NCBI GenBank assembly: GCA_043228905.1
Contig: JBHGNT010000017.1
Coordinates: forward strand, 868,001 to 932,000
Length of the DNA stretch: 64,000 nucleotides
Origin: Azolla caroliniana
Taxonomy: Eukaryota; Plantae; Polypodiophyta
Direction: 5' to 3'
Numbering within the stretch: position 1 is the first letter of the stretch; every line of letters begins with the position of its first letter. Positions 35,399 through 47,299 of this stretch are shown here, piece by piece. The position numbers and the translations under genes were made by a program. The notes beneath the pieces are model-generated. The model did not search any database, had not been told where the DNA came from, and saw only the letters and a list, made by a program, of their open reading frames with translations.

Positions 35399-35447
<49 letters not shown>

Positions 35448-35519
35448 AGACTCTCCTCTTCTTCTCTCCCCTTTTCCTCTTCCTTCCCTCCGCTCTGCAA
35501 ACACGCGCAGAGAGAGAAC

Positions 35520-35604
<85 letters not shown>

Positions 35605-35842
35605 AGGAACCATGGCCGTTTGCACACAGTTTCTTTGAGACCCCTCCCCCCTTCGCCTTCTTCTGGTTCCTTATATCCAGGCTTTCTTTCTCTGGAAGAA
35701 GACTACTCTGCTCGCCCCCCCCCCCCCCCCCCCCTGATCGCCTTCGAATCATCATCGACGTCTTCTTTACTGTCATCATCATCATCATCTTCTTCTTCTT
35801 CATCGTCGTCGTTATCATCATCATCATCATCACCACCACCAC
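35281..35842. repeat. Compound microsatellite block (TA, GA, CA, CT, poly-C, TCA) in the MKP1 promoter/5' UTR
   Basis: Directly visible. A 5' UTR intron donor AG|GTAAGC follows at 35913. Confidence 0.85.
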
Positions 35843-37014
35843 TTCACAGTACCACTCCTTCTCTCAGGGCATCGCTAGTCTGCTTCCGATTCCCGGACAG
35901 GTGGATCTCCAGGTAAGCTTTTATTTTTGCTTCCTTCCCTCTCATGGAGGGAAATATTCCCAATTTCTGTACATATAGCGCTGCTTTTCTGTTCATCTGT
36001 GAGCAAGAACGCCTCTCACACCGGCCTTTTCTGAACTTTATATCCTTGCGATACCTTTTATCTGGAAGAAAGAAGTTTTCTTCCGTCGTGATTAAAAGGC
36101 TCGACAATGCTTCCAAACCACAATCTGGTTGGAAAAGTCTGAAGGAAAGGCACCGCTTCTCTCTCTCATACTCTCTCTTTCTCTCTTGAGGCAACCACTC
36201 AAAGACTTTCAGAGGCATAGTCTAATTTACAAATCATTACTTCTATCTCAGAACTGCAAACAAACTGACCTGTACTCTGGCTTTCCACAGCCTTGTGCCA
36301 TAGTTTCACTTGAAGCAGAACTTTCTAAAGCTTCATCTCTCTGTAAAACCCGTAAAGAAATGAACCGTTGAGAATGGTTTAGTTACCAAAAAAACTGTGA
36401 ACGTAAAACGTTAATGGAGGATTGTAGCACATTTTCTCGTCTCTCATCAAGCATCAGTTTCGAAAAACTTTCTTTCTCCTCAACATAGACAATGGTTTAA
36501 TTTGCAAAACATAAATTTTTGTTACGAAACTATCACTGAAACTTGATTTTTCTACCTCAGGCAAGGTTGGAGGCTGTGCTATTGTCTCTCTTCAATCATC
36601 GGTTTCAGAGGTTTTTCATGGCATAACAGAGGCATGGTTTTGGTTTGCATAGCAAAGTTTTCTTGAAATCTGTGAATGAAAGGTTCTCGAGACTTGATTT
36701 TTTCTACCTAAAGTGGATTGTAGTATGTTCTACATTGTCTCTCATAAATCATCAGTTTCAAAGATTTTTGAAAGTTTGCATAGCCAAAAGTTGTTTGAAA
36801 TTGGAGATTGGGATTTGTTTTTTTTTCCCTTTCCTAAGCGGATAATAGTCGGTTGTCTCTCTTGAGGCATCAGGTTTTAGAGGAGGCTTTCAGTCGAGCA
36901 TAGATGATGGTTTAGTTTAACATTTCACAGCTTTGTGCGAAACTGTGAAATTTGAGGTTTGCTTCTTCTACTATAGGAGGAAGTTGAAACCCATTGAGCT
37001 TACCTAGCAGAAAC

Positions 37015-39642
37015 ATGGTGGGGGGAGAGCTTGATTCTGCTACCTCGGAATGCAAGTTCCCTAATGTTCGCAAAACATATTGGCGATCTGCTACATGGAA
37101 TTCTTCTTCATCCACACTGAGCCCAAAATTACATGCATTTCCTTACCAAGTGCAAATAGGAGAAAGCTGCTCATCCTGCAGTGATGGTTGCGGAGTGACA
37201 AATATAGCATGCTCACATGAAAGAAGTCAGCTGACACGACCAAATTTACCATTAGAACTGGCGAGTACATCATGTTCACAAGAAAAGACTCGGATAACAC
37301 GACTAAGGTTACCTTTACCACAACTTCAGTCTTTATCCATAGAGAAGAAAAACCTCGATGAATGGCCGAGCTCAGAATTAGGCTATAGTGGTGAATGTGC
37401 CACTCCAATTACGCCCGGACGCAGAAGGATGAAGAATGGTTTTGATATCAAGCTTGATCTGGCATCGATTCAGCGTAATAATGTAGAACCCACGGAAATA
37501 CAACTGAAACGGGAGAAATTTGCACACTTTGACAAGCAATGCTCTCGAGTTGCTGATTATCACATTTATCTTGGTAGTGATGCGGTTGCTCGAGATAGAG
37601 AAATTCTTCGAGCCAATGGAATTACGCATGTTCTTAATTGTGTGGGATTTGTTTGTCCCGAGTATTTCAAGCATGAACTAGTGTATAAAACTTTGTGGCT
37701 GCAAGACAGTCCATGTGAAGATATCACGAGCTTACTCTATGACGTTTTTGACTATTTTGAGGACGTAAGAGAACGAGATGGGCGGGTTTTTGTTCACTGT
37801 TGTCAGGGTGTATCGCGTTCAACTTCATTGGTGATTGCCTATTTGATGTGGAGAGAGCGGAGAAGCTTTGAAGATGCATTTCAAGATGTTAAAGCAGCGA
37901 GAGGAATAACTAATCCAAACATGGGTTTTGCATGCCAATTGTTACAATGCCAGAAGAGAGTTCATGCGATACCTTTGAGTCCCAATGTAATGCCAAGATT
38001 CTACAAACTTGTACCTCATTCCGCTTATGATCCGCTGCATCTTGTACCTAAATTAGTGAATAACCCAGGAGTTGGATCACTTGATTCAAGGGGTGCATTT
38101 GTTATACATAGTATTCATGCAATTGTTGTGTGGATTGGTCATTGTTGTGACCATAAGATGGCCCAAGCAGCCATTGCATCAGCAGGTCAAATAGTCAGAT
38201 ATGAGAGTACACATGTTTCGGTCAAGGTTTTTGCTGAAGGTCATGAAGACCCAGAATTTTGGGAGAGTTTAAAAGGGAAGGATGAGCATAATCTGAAAGA
38301 GGATCAGGATGAAGTGGGTGCCTGGGAATCTGATTGTTTAGAAGACAAACACAAAAATAAATTTGAACTTGAAAGAATTAGACGACTGGGGACTAGGAAA
38401 GTCTCGTCTAATGACAAAGAATACGATCTATATCATACAGCAAGGTTAGGCGGTGTAATTCCACCAGTACCCTTTACTTGTATAGATTTCCCTAATACTC
38501 CAGCACACATTCCCATAACAGAAGATGGATGGAGTTTACTGAGGAGAAAGTTTTTATGTGGAGATTTATTAGGAAAAGCTAAGGGTATACCTTCTAATGG
38601 TATTGTAATTACCAGTGTTTCATCTCCTGATACATCTATGGGTTCTTCATCACCTCACCTTTCTCCATTTTCTGCACATTCTAGCTGCGAGTCTCCTTTC
38701 AGTGAATCTCCTACCTTATCTGAGGATCTTACTCTTGATACTCAGCAAAGCAATTCTCAGCTGTCACGTCAGGTGAGAACTTCTGAAGATTTTCCCCCAT
38801 TTTTTAGGAGTTCATCAGTGACTACACCTAGAAATCCTTCTGTTGAAAGCATTAGAAAAAGTTCAGTATCACGTTTAGCTTCAGTATCATCCTTAGCTTC
38901 TAGGAGAGGTAGCATTCCGCCAACCCTTGTATTACCAAGTTTGGATGAGGATCCTCCTCTGGCACCGAGAGGTACATCAAGAAAGCTAAAATTGCCACCA
39001 CTTATCACTCAAGGGAAATACAATGCTTGTGATGATTCCAGCAATAAATCTGATTCAGTTGGTGAAATGGAACAAGGTCAAATGGATAATAGAAAACTTC
39101 AACCTTCAACATCCTCTTGTTCCAAGGAGTTGGATTCAAGAAATGGTCTTTGTGAAAATAACTCTGATATTGGTAATAGTTCTGCATTAGGTTGCTCGCA
39201 ATGCATTGTTGAAAGAACTCCTCAAGAATGCAGACAAGCACCATTGTACAGCTGGCCAGGATTCGAACAGATTGAAATGTATGATATTGATGATCTGGAT
39301 TCAGAAGCTGTGTTTGTCTTGGATGCCACAAAATGTTTTTTGGTCAGTGACCCAGGAATGAAGATCTATGTATGGGTTGGAAAGCATCAGAAACCTTGTG
39401 ATGAAGAAGAGGTAGAATGGTCCAAAATAGGCCAGGATTTTCTTCATATCGTTGAACTTCCATTTAATGTTGCGATCGAGGTAATTTTGTTTTACCTATC
39501 TAATGGCATTTTCTGAGCTTGTATGACAGTATATTCTTTTCCCATTTTGACTTTATTCTGTCATGAGCAGGTTGTAAGAGAAGGAGAAGAACCCGATGAA
39601 TTTTGGGTGATATTTAATTCATTTAATACCGTGTACAAATGA
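37015..39642 (+). CDS. MKP1: MAP kinase phosphatase 1 (dual-specificity phosphatase + gelsolin-like domains), 845 aa; exons 37015-39480 and 39571-39642
   Basis: MVG..YWRSATW N-terminus like Arabidopsis MKP1; catalytic VHCCQGVSRS; SLDSRGAF; DLDSEAVFV. GT-AG intron 39481-39570, then VVREGEEPDEFW. Confidence 0.93.
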
Positions 39643-40800
39643 GAGATTTTCCAGATGATAGATCATTGTAGTCTTTGAAATATAGCCTCTGGAAATGGAC
39701 TTCCGATCACTTTGGTAAGTTATTCTTCACTTGTTTATGTGCTGGCTATATAGTTTCTTTAGTGGGCTTGGTGGGGAAAGCCTCTTGTCTTTCCCAGACT
39801 TTTGGTCAGCTTTTTCTCCTTATTTGAATAGAAGTCATTTAAAGTTATCCGTAGTTGAAGAAATACCAAGAAAATATTATATTTTTGCCCTTTTGCTAAG
39901 AGTGAAACTACTAGCCTTTTTCTCCACTTAAGATCATACCGGAAACTCGAGATTGTCCGTGCGCGATTCCACTAGGAAATGAGTTAGAGGGCGAGCTTAC
40001 TTAAATGAACGAGTTCTCTGATGAGCAAAATAATGAAATCTAACACCAGCCCTGGAAGAGACTTTACTACCAAACTCAAGGAACTTATCTTCTTAACATC
40101 TAGAACATCGCAGAACCAAGGGACCCTGCTAAGATTCGTTGGGTGTGCTGTGATATTTACTATCACAAATCCTTGGCTCCCGGCTCTTCTTTTCCTTCTC
40201 TTGTTCTTTTTAACCATTTTTGACCTTATTTTTGGCCCTTCTATAACAAAAAGAAAAGTTCAACAAAAAAACCTCACGAAATGATACTAGTTACTATGGA
40301 AACCTACCTCCTATGCTGGGTAGTTACTGTTAAAGAGAAACCTTTTAATCAGCTAACGTTTGTTTTGTATTTACAGAGCTCCTAAATGATACTTGCCACT
40401 GACATACTTGCTCCTTGTTTACAGAGAACTCCTAAGCAAAACTTTTCGAATGGAAAAGAGCACAAGGAGAATATATACTGATATAATAGTTGGAACAACG
40501 TTAAATTGCTCATCTACAACGAGGCCAGAGCTACTTGAGACACAGCACTTTGCTTTGGTTTTTGTACTCTTATGTTATGTACAATAGTCACAACTTGGGT
40601 TCTTTGAAAGTGACCAAGCGAGTATTAGCTTTGCTAACCACTTGTGGTCCGTCATCACTGCCCAAAAGGCATATTTTGTTTGTTCTATTTTTTGCCATTG
40701 CGGTGATAAGCATGGTTAGATATGAAACTTTCCCTATTCTTCTAACAAATGCTGTAGAGACAAGATCGACCCGTAATGTAATTCTTTCTTTTTTGCTAAC

Positions 40801-41029
40801 CAATTGAGCCTATCAGCATCCTTGCATGATGCGTGGGATGGATTCATTTCTCTTTTATCCTTCATGCTATAATGTAAAAAGCCTTGCTTGTTTGAAGTTC
40901 TACAAGCTAGAATCAATTGGGCCTATCAGCATCCTTGCATGATGCCTGGGATGGGTTCATTTCTCTTTTATCCTTCATGCTATAATGTAAAAAGCCTTGC
41001 TTGTTTGAAGTTCTACAAGCTAGAATCAA
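40801..41029. repeat. Near-perfect 113-bp tandem duplication
   Basis: CAATTG(A/G)GCCTATCAGCATCCTTGCATGATG..CTACAAGCTAGAAT twice, with few mismatches. Confidence 0.92.
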
Positions 41030-42261
41030 TGATCACCTTTGGAAAAAAATTTGCCATCAACAATAGTGATGTGAAGAATTATTTGTGCCTGTGAAATGAG
41101 GTTAACTAATGCCCTTTGTAATGATGCAAGATGATAACCATTTTGTATCTTTAAAGATGAATGCATCATGCTGTTCTGATCTTAAAGGTGAATGCATGAT
41201 GAACTTGGGAGGGTAATATCTCATTTATTAGATTAGGGTTTCAGTTTCGTCTGTTTGTTCTGATGATGTTTTTGCCACTTCAGAGTGTGCTAGGTCGTGG
41301 ATTTTCCAAGATATATCCTCTGTTCAAAATTTGCTTTTTAGGTTTCAAATTAACTTGCAGCAAAGTTGGACCTGAGTTATTTTAAAAGCTATCTCAACGA
41401 TGACTTGATTTGATATTGTGTCAAATCACTGATATTCAGATTTCGATTCCAAAAAAATAGTTAGGGGTTTGAATTTGAAAGGATTTTATTTTTACCTGGA
41501 TTTGGTGTAATAAATGCATTGTATGGCTGTAAGTGTTTAAGCAACTCAAAGCAAATTGATGAAAAAGGACTTGATATGATGCAAAATTCGAACCACAATT
41601 ATAAGTGAAATACATGATCTGAAATTTTGAGCTGTTGTGATTTTAGAGGGAACTTGATGTGTTAATGCACAGAGTTTATTCTAGATTTGAAGGAACTTGA
41701 ATCAAATCAAAGTCAGCAATTACTCAATTTGAATTACGAAATCTGGACCACAAATATTAAGGGACTTTTAAATGGCTATGACTTTATGACAATGGTGGGA
41801 TATTAAATGCGTGCAATGGGTCTATGTTTTAAGTGACTCAGACCCGAAAGGAAACTCCAAGACTTGATTCAATGCAAATTTTGGATCACAAATTGTATAT
41901 GAAAAGAAACTTTACACAAGTGTAACCTTCCCACTATATGAACATGACATATTAAACGCATAGCATAGCATGGATCTAACCTATTTTTGAGAAGCAACTC
42001 AAGGCAAAAAGGGATGCCCAATATGATTGGAGGTGTTGGGAGTCACAAATTTGGGAGAACCTGAGTTGGTTGGATCCTTTGGCATGCGCAGCTAGGCAGG
42101 CCCGTCTCTTAGATTGCAAATGGTCTTCGATGGGCGTAAAACATATATGTGTTTGTCTATCTATCTATGTCTCTCTTGTTGGTTAGGCGGTGTATGTACA
42201 CTATATAGCATCAAAGCCATGAATTTGAGAGAACCCAAGTTTGATCCTTGTGATGGGGTGA

Positions 42262-42480
42262 GGATCCATGCCATGGATCAATCCCGCAATCGGTTTCCTG
42301 CATGCAGTAAAAGGATTATCTATCGATTAGCCCATGGACGCGAGGATGTGCGCCATGGATGGATCGCAATTAGTCTCTTGCATGCAGTAAAAGGATTATC
42401 TATAAGTTAATCCATGGGCCCATGGATCGATTGCGATCGGTCTGCTACAGGGATTAAGAAGGATTATCTATCAATGAATC
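42262..42480. repeat. Degenerate ~78-bp tandem repeat x3
   Basis: CCATGGAT..CGCAAT..AAGGATTATCTAT recurs three times. Confidence 0.8.
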
Positions 42481-43446
42481 AATGGGAGCCAGAGGAGGCC
42501 CATTGGGATGTGTCGGCCATATGGCCGTGATGTGTCGACAATATGGAAACAAACATGAGAACAAATTTTGTAGATATTTCGTTGGAAGGGGGGGGGGGGG
42601 GGCTATGGCCCATTTTCTTACATATTTGTCGGTAGTTATCTGTAATCACAATAATACTGCTGAGGAGAGAGAGAAGAGGTTCGACGTGGCCGAATGTCGT
42701 ACATGTCTGAGAGCGAGCTCCACGGCTATGGCGACACACACACACTCACTCACTCAGAACGATCGGAGAGCAATTCTCTTCTCTGACAAGAAGAGGATGA
42801 AGGAAGGAGAGATGGCTATGGCTGAGCTTCGCCTCCGCAGAGTGGTATAGACTGCAAGACTGGGAAGCCAAATCTCTTCACTGAAAGAACGAAGGAACTA
42901 AGGAAACCATGTCTGTGGTGGAACATCTCTGCACAGTCTGGGAATTTTGAAAAACCAGGGGTTCTCTCTCTGACAAAATCGACAGCGATTTTGCGGAGCA
43001 TTTCCTCTTTGAGAAATTGTGAAAGGCTTGGAAGCTTCTGATCTCTGACAGTAATCAACAGGACCAAGCTATAAAAGAAGGTGAAGAAGAAGAGGAAATG
43101 GAGATGGCGAAGTATCTATCACGTCACAGAGAAACGGTGAAAGCAGAAGCTTCTCTTCTCTGACAGAATCAACAGGCGCTGAAGAAGAGTCAGTGGTGTC
43201 AGAATTGGTGACAGAGGAAGCTTCTGCTCGCTGATACAAGAATAAGAACAAGAACAAGAACAAGAAGAGTTTGGAAAACAGGTTTAAAGAGAATGGCAGA
43301 ACATCTCTTCGCAGGAAATTTGTAAGAGGAAGTGTCTTGTGCCTGGAATTATCAAACCAAACAGAAGAAAGACAAATGGCAGAAACGGTGAAAGTCTAGG
43401 AAACTTCTGTTCTCTGACAGAACATCAGGGCCAAGAACAAGAAGTG

Positions 43447-46044
43447 ATGACGATGCAATATGGAGCTCTGCAGAAACCGTGCTGTTTCTGCTTTTTGTTT
43501 TCTTCACACCAATCGCCATCGCCACCTCTTCCTTCTCGCTTTCCTTTCCACACATCCATGACCTCACGCTCACGCCTGATCATCAGATCATCGCCATCGC
43601 CAACCTCAATAAACTCTTCCATTCTCGATCCTAAAACTTCGCAATCACTGGATACATCTGAAATAACAAAATTACGAAGCAACGAAAACTCAATGGATTC
43701 TTCTGTTTTAGATCCTTCTGATTTGCCATCGTACGATACAGCTGAAACAAGAACTAAACATAAGGAGGAGGAGGAAGATGAAGACCTTATCTCTGCACAA
43801 CAAACAATGCTCACAGCGCTTCAAGAAAGAAGAACAGAAGAGGCTTGGCGGATTTACGAACTTCTGATGAGAAAAACTTCACTACAGAAGAAGGTGAAAC
43901 AGACTATTGGGATCGAATATTCTGTTTGTTTGAGCAGGTTAGTCTCTCAGCTTTCTTACGCAGGAACTCCTTCCAGTCTCACTAGAGCTCAGAAAATTGT
44001 AGCTTCTCTGCAAAGAAGAGGCGTGGTGGATCTTCTAGACTGTAACTGTTTAGGTCTTCTGGCTATGGCGACAGCTAAAGCAGGGGCAGCTCATTATTCT
44101 GCGTCTGTACTCAGACTGATGCTTAAGCTTGGTCTTTCTCCTCATGTGAAAGCATGGAGTGCGGTAGTGAGTAAGCTTGGGAAGAACAAAGAAGATGCTC
44201 CTCTCGCTTTGCGCATCTTTGATGATATTTGCTCTCTAGTAGAAGCTCAGAGTTCTGATGGAAGCTCGAAGAAACTTTCCATGGATTCTTTGACCTGCTC
44301 CATGAGACCTGATACAGGTGCATTTAACGCAGCTTTAAATGCCTGTGCTAACGCAAACCTTGTAGAAAAAGCCCATCAGATATTCGGCGATCTGGCCAAG
44401 TTTGATCTGAAACCTGATGTGCTTACTTTCAACATCCTGATCAAGCTTTACGCTATGGCTAATAACAGAGAGAAGCTCTGCACAATCTTTGATCAAATGG
44501 AAGAAGCAGGTGTTAAACCATGTTTCTCTACCATGCATTCTCTTGTGGCGGCATTTGTTGGTTTAGATGACCTCCAGACAGCAGTTTTGATAGTCCAAGC
44601 TCTGAGAGAAGAAGATGACATTGGTAGCATTCTGATTGCAAGAATGAGGGAATGCACTGAAAGTGGAGAAGCTCCCATGGCTGAAGATGTCATGGATGAA
44701 TCTAATGCTATGGATGAAGACGCTGCCATAATCGAATATGCTTTAGATGAAGAAGCTCCCATGGCTACAAATGTTATAAATGAAGCTCCTACGAAAACTA
44801 CAAGCTCTAGATATGAAGGAACTGATGTAAGGAAAATCACTTTGGAAACTGGAGGCTCAAGAACTCGCCAAAGGAAAACTCCTATGGAAAATAGAAGCTC
44901 AGGAACTATTCAATCTTCTAGAAGCATGTCATCCATGAGGAATGTAGAATCTAATGTGAAACCACGACAAAAATTTGGCTTCAAGCCTGATACTCGGATG
45001 TATACTATCCTCATGAAGGGGTATATGCAGAAGGGCAGGCTAAAGGATGTGATGCAAATACTTAACGTGATGCAAAGTCAAGAAGACATCAATATTCGAC
45101 CAAATGAAGTTAGCTATACCACAGCCATATCAGCGTTTGTAGACCTTGGATTGCTGGATGAAGCTCGGGATATTTTGCTCCAAATGTCTGCTCAAAATGT
45201 ACCAGCCAATGTTGTCACTTACAATGTGCTCTTGAAAGGATACTCCAAGGCCCGACAAATCCCAAAAGGACGCCTCTTACTCGAGGATATGAAGAAAGCT
45301 TTGATTCAACCAGATGTTGTGTCCTATAATACTCTTATCGACGGTTATATTTGCATTGATGATAGTGTCTCAGCACTAGCATTGTTCACGGAAATGAGGA
45401 ATGCTGGTATCGCCCCCTCGAGGGTGAGCTACACTATGCTTATCAAAGCTTTTGGTAATAATAACCAACCTCAATTGGGTGCGAAAGTGTTTGAGGAAAT
45501 GGAGCAAGATCCAAGAATCAAAGTGGATACAATAGCCTGGAACACTTTGATCGAATGTTATAGCAAGTCAGGGAATGTAGGAGGTGCTAAGGAAAGCTTT
45601 AGGAGGATGAAAGAGTGTGGATTTGTCCCAACCATAGCTACTTATGGTAGCCTTGTGAAGGCATTTTCAGTCGGTAAGAAGGCAGGAGAGGCCCTAGTAC
45701 TCTGGAACGAGATAAAAGAACGTCTAGAGTCAAGCAGTGATGAAAAAATGGTGAAGATTGAACCTGATGCAGGGCTTCTTGATGGATTGGTTGATATTTG
45801 TGTGAGAGAAGGACTCTTTCTCAAGGCATTGGAGATCTTGGCTTGTATGGAGAAACACAAGATCCCTGCGGACCGCATCAAGTATAAGAGAATGTTTGTT
45901 GAGCTTCATTCCAAGTTGTACACTAGCAAGTATACATCACAATCTCGACGAGATCGAACGTCCGATCCAAGAAGAGCTGTTGAGGCTTTCAAGTTTTGGG
46001 TCGGTCTTCCGAATAATTATTATGCAAGTGATTGGTCACCTTGA
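43447..46044 (+). CDS. HCF152: Chloroplast P-class PPR protein, HCF152 orthologue-like, intronless
   Basis: RPDTGAFNAALNACAN, TMHSLVAAFVG, PDTRMYTILMKGYM, DPRIKVD and C-terminal EAFKFWVGLPNNYY match HCF152 as I recall it. Ser/Pro-rich transit peptide; first in-frame ATG at 43447. Confidence 0.9.
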   Translation: MTMQYGALQKPCCFCFLFSSHQSPSPPLPSRFPFHTSMTSRSRLIIRSSPSPTSINSSILDPKTSQSLDTSEITKLRSNENSMDSSVLDPSDLPSYDTAETRTKHKEEEEDEDLISAQQTMLTALQERRTEEAWRIYELLMRKTSLQKKVKQTIGIEYSVCLSRLVSQLSYAGTPSSLTRAQKIVASLQRRGVVDLLDCNCLGLLAMATAKAGAAHYSASVLRLMLKLGLSPHVKAWSAVVSKLGKNKEDAPLALRIFDDICSLVEAQSSDGSSKKLSMDSLTCSMRPDTGAFNAALNACANANLVEKAHQIFGDLAKFDLKPDVLTFNILIKLYAMANNREKLCTIFDQMEEAGVKPCFSTMHSLVAAFVGLDDLQTAVLIVQALREEDDIGSILIARMRECTESGEAPMAEDVMDESNAMDEDAAIIEYALDEEAPMATNVINEAPTKTTSSRYEGTDVRKITLETGGSRTRQRKTPMENRSSGTIQSSRSMSSMRNVESNVKPRQKFGFKPDTRMYTILMKGYMQKGRLKDVMQILNVMQSQEDINIRPNEVSYTTAISAFVDLGLLDEARDILLQMSAQNVPANVVTYNVLLKGYSKARQIPKGRLLLEDMKKALIQPDVVSYNTLIDGYICIDDSVSALALFTEMRNAGIAPSRVSYTMLIKAFGNNNQPQLGAKVFEEMEQDPRIKVDTIAWNTLIECYSKSGNVGGAKESFRRMKECGFVPTIATYGSLVKAFSVGKKAGEALVLWNEIKERLESSSDEKMVKIEPDAGLLDGLVDICVREGLFLKALEILACMEKHKIPADRIKYKRMFVELHSKLYTSKYTSQSRRDRTSDPRRAVEAFKFWVGLPNNYYASDWSP

Positions 46045-46749
46045 TTCCTTCCATTGAAATATTTGTATACTACCATGCAAATTATGTTGTACATTATGTA
46101 GACTCGCTAGAGGCTTGTAGATTTCATGATCATTTGTATCCTTACAAGTGGATATCAGTTGATATATCACCATCATTAATGGTGAGAGTAGTGGCATGAA
46201 TTGCTTGCTTATGTATTTATTATGTATGAGTATTACTTCTTGGTGAATGTGTTATTCACCATTAGAAGATGGGAGTATTTTGATATGGATCCTGTTGATC
46301 CATGGGCATAGCCCCACTACCAAGGTGAATGCGTTCATTAATTTAGCCTACCAGATTCCAAAAGGTTGTCTACACCTAAATTGTAGGTATTGGCTATTAA
46401 GGCTACTTTTTACATGTATTGTTTGAAAAACAAATTCAATTTTTTGTTTCGTAGAAAATGCATTAACTTCCATAGAGTTTTCTAAGAATGTGTATAAGAA
46501 AAGGAAGCATTCCACCTAGCCACGACAAAGGTGGTTAACCTTGGTTTATGATTATGTTGTTTAAACAATGTGTCCATATCAAAATCTCTTTCACATATAA
46601 TGATGGACAAGGGGTCTAATGCTCATGCTCCTCAAACTATTGTAAGGATAAGCACGAGACAATGATTCAAACTTGTCAATAACTAATAGCTCTCAACATT
46701 GCATACTACGACTCCATGGATTTGGATGTTCATGCACACATCTCTTGCT

Positions 46750-46980
46750 CTATGAACTCTTGGTTCATCTCCCTTTATTTTTTCGTATCCTTCACAATAT
46801 AGCTCGAAAGCAAGGCTAGTGCATAACATCTCGCCACATCCTACATCAACAAAACAACCACATGGCAAAACTCCAGGGTTATCTCCCTTTATTTTTTTGT
46901 ATCCTTCACGATATAGCTCCAAAGAGAGGCTAGTGCATAACATATTGCCACATCCTACAAGAACAAAACAACCACATGCC
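46750..46980. repeat. 114-bp tandem duplication
   Basis: ATCTCCCTTTATTTTTT..GGCTAGTGCATAACAT..CAAAACAACCACATG twice. Confidence 0.88.
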
Positions 46981-47299
46981 AAATATTCCTCTTCATATTG
47001 GATAGGGTCCATACCACAATAATTCATTCACAAAGAAAATAGCCCCTTCCACAAATTAGAACGTTATGGAACAACCATTTAGCATCATCACATTATAATC
47101 TATTCAGCCAAACAAAACAAAACAACCAAATTCTAATGATCATTGTTTAGAAACTTTTACTTTTCTTACCATGATTAACATGCAAGCCATTGATCTGATC
47201 TCATTCACTTCAGTGTACGAAATGTGTGGTGTGGAAGAGAAGAAGAAGATTATGATGCTGTGAGACACGCAGAAAATCTCACACACACAGCGCTTTGGA

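Noticed and set aside
35231-35916. ORFs of 98-203 aa
   Set aside because: Translations of microsatellites.
42774-43425. CTGACAGAA words resembling miR156
   Set aside because: The match stops after ~9 nt, and no fold-back partner is evident.
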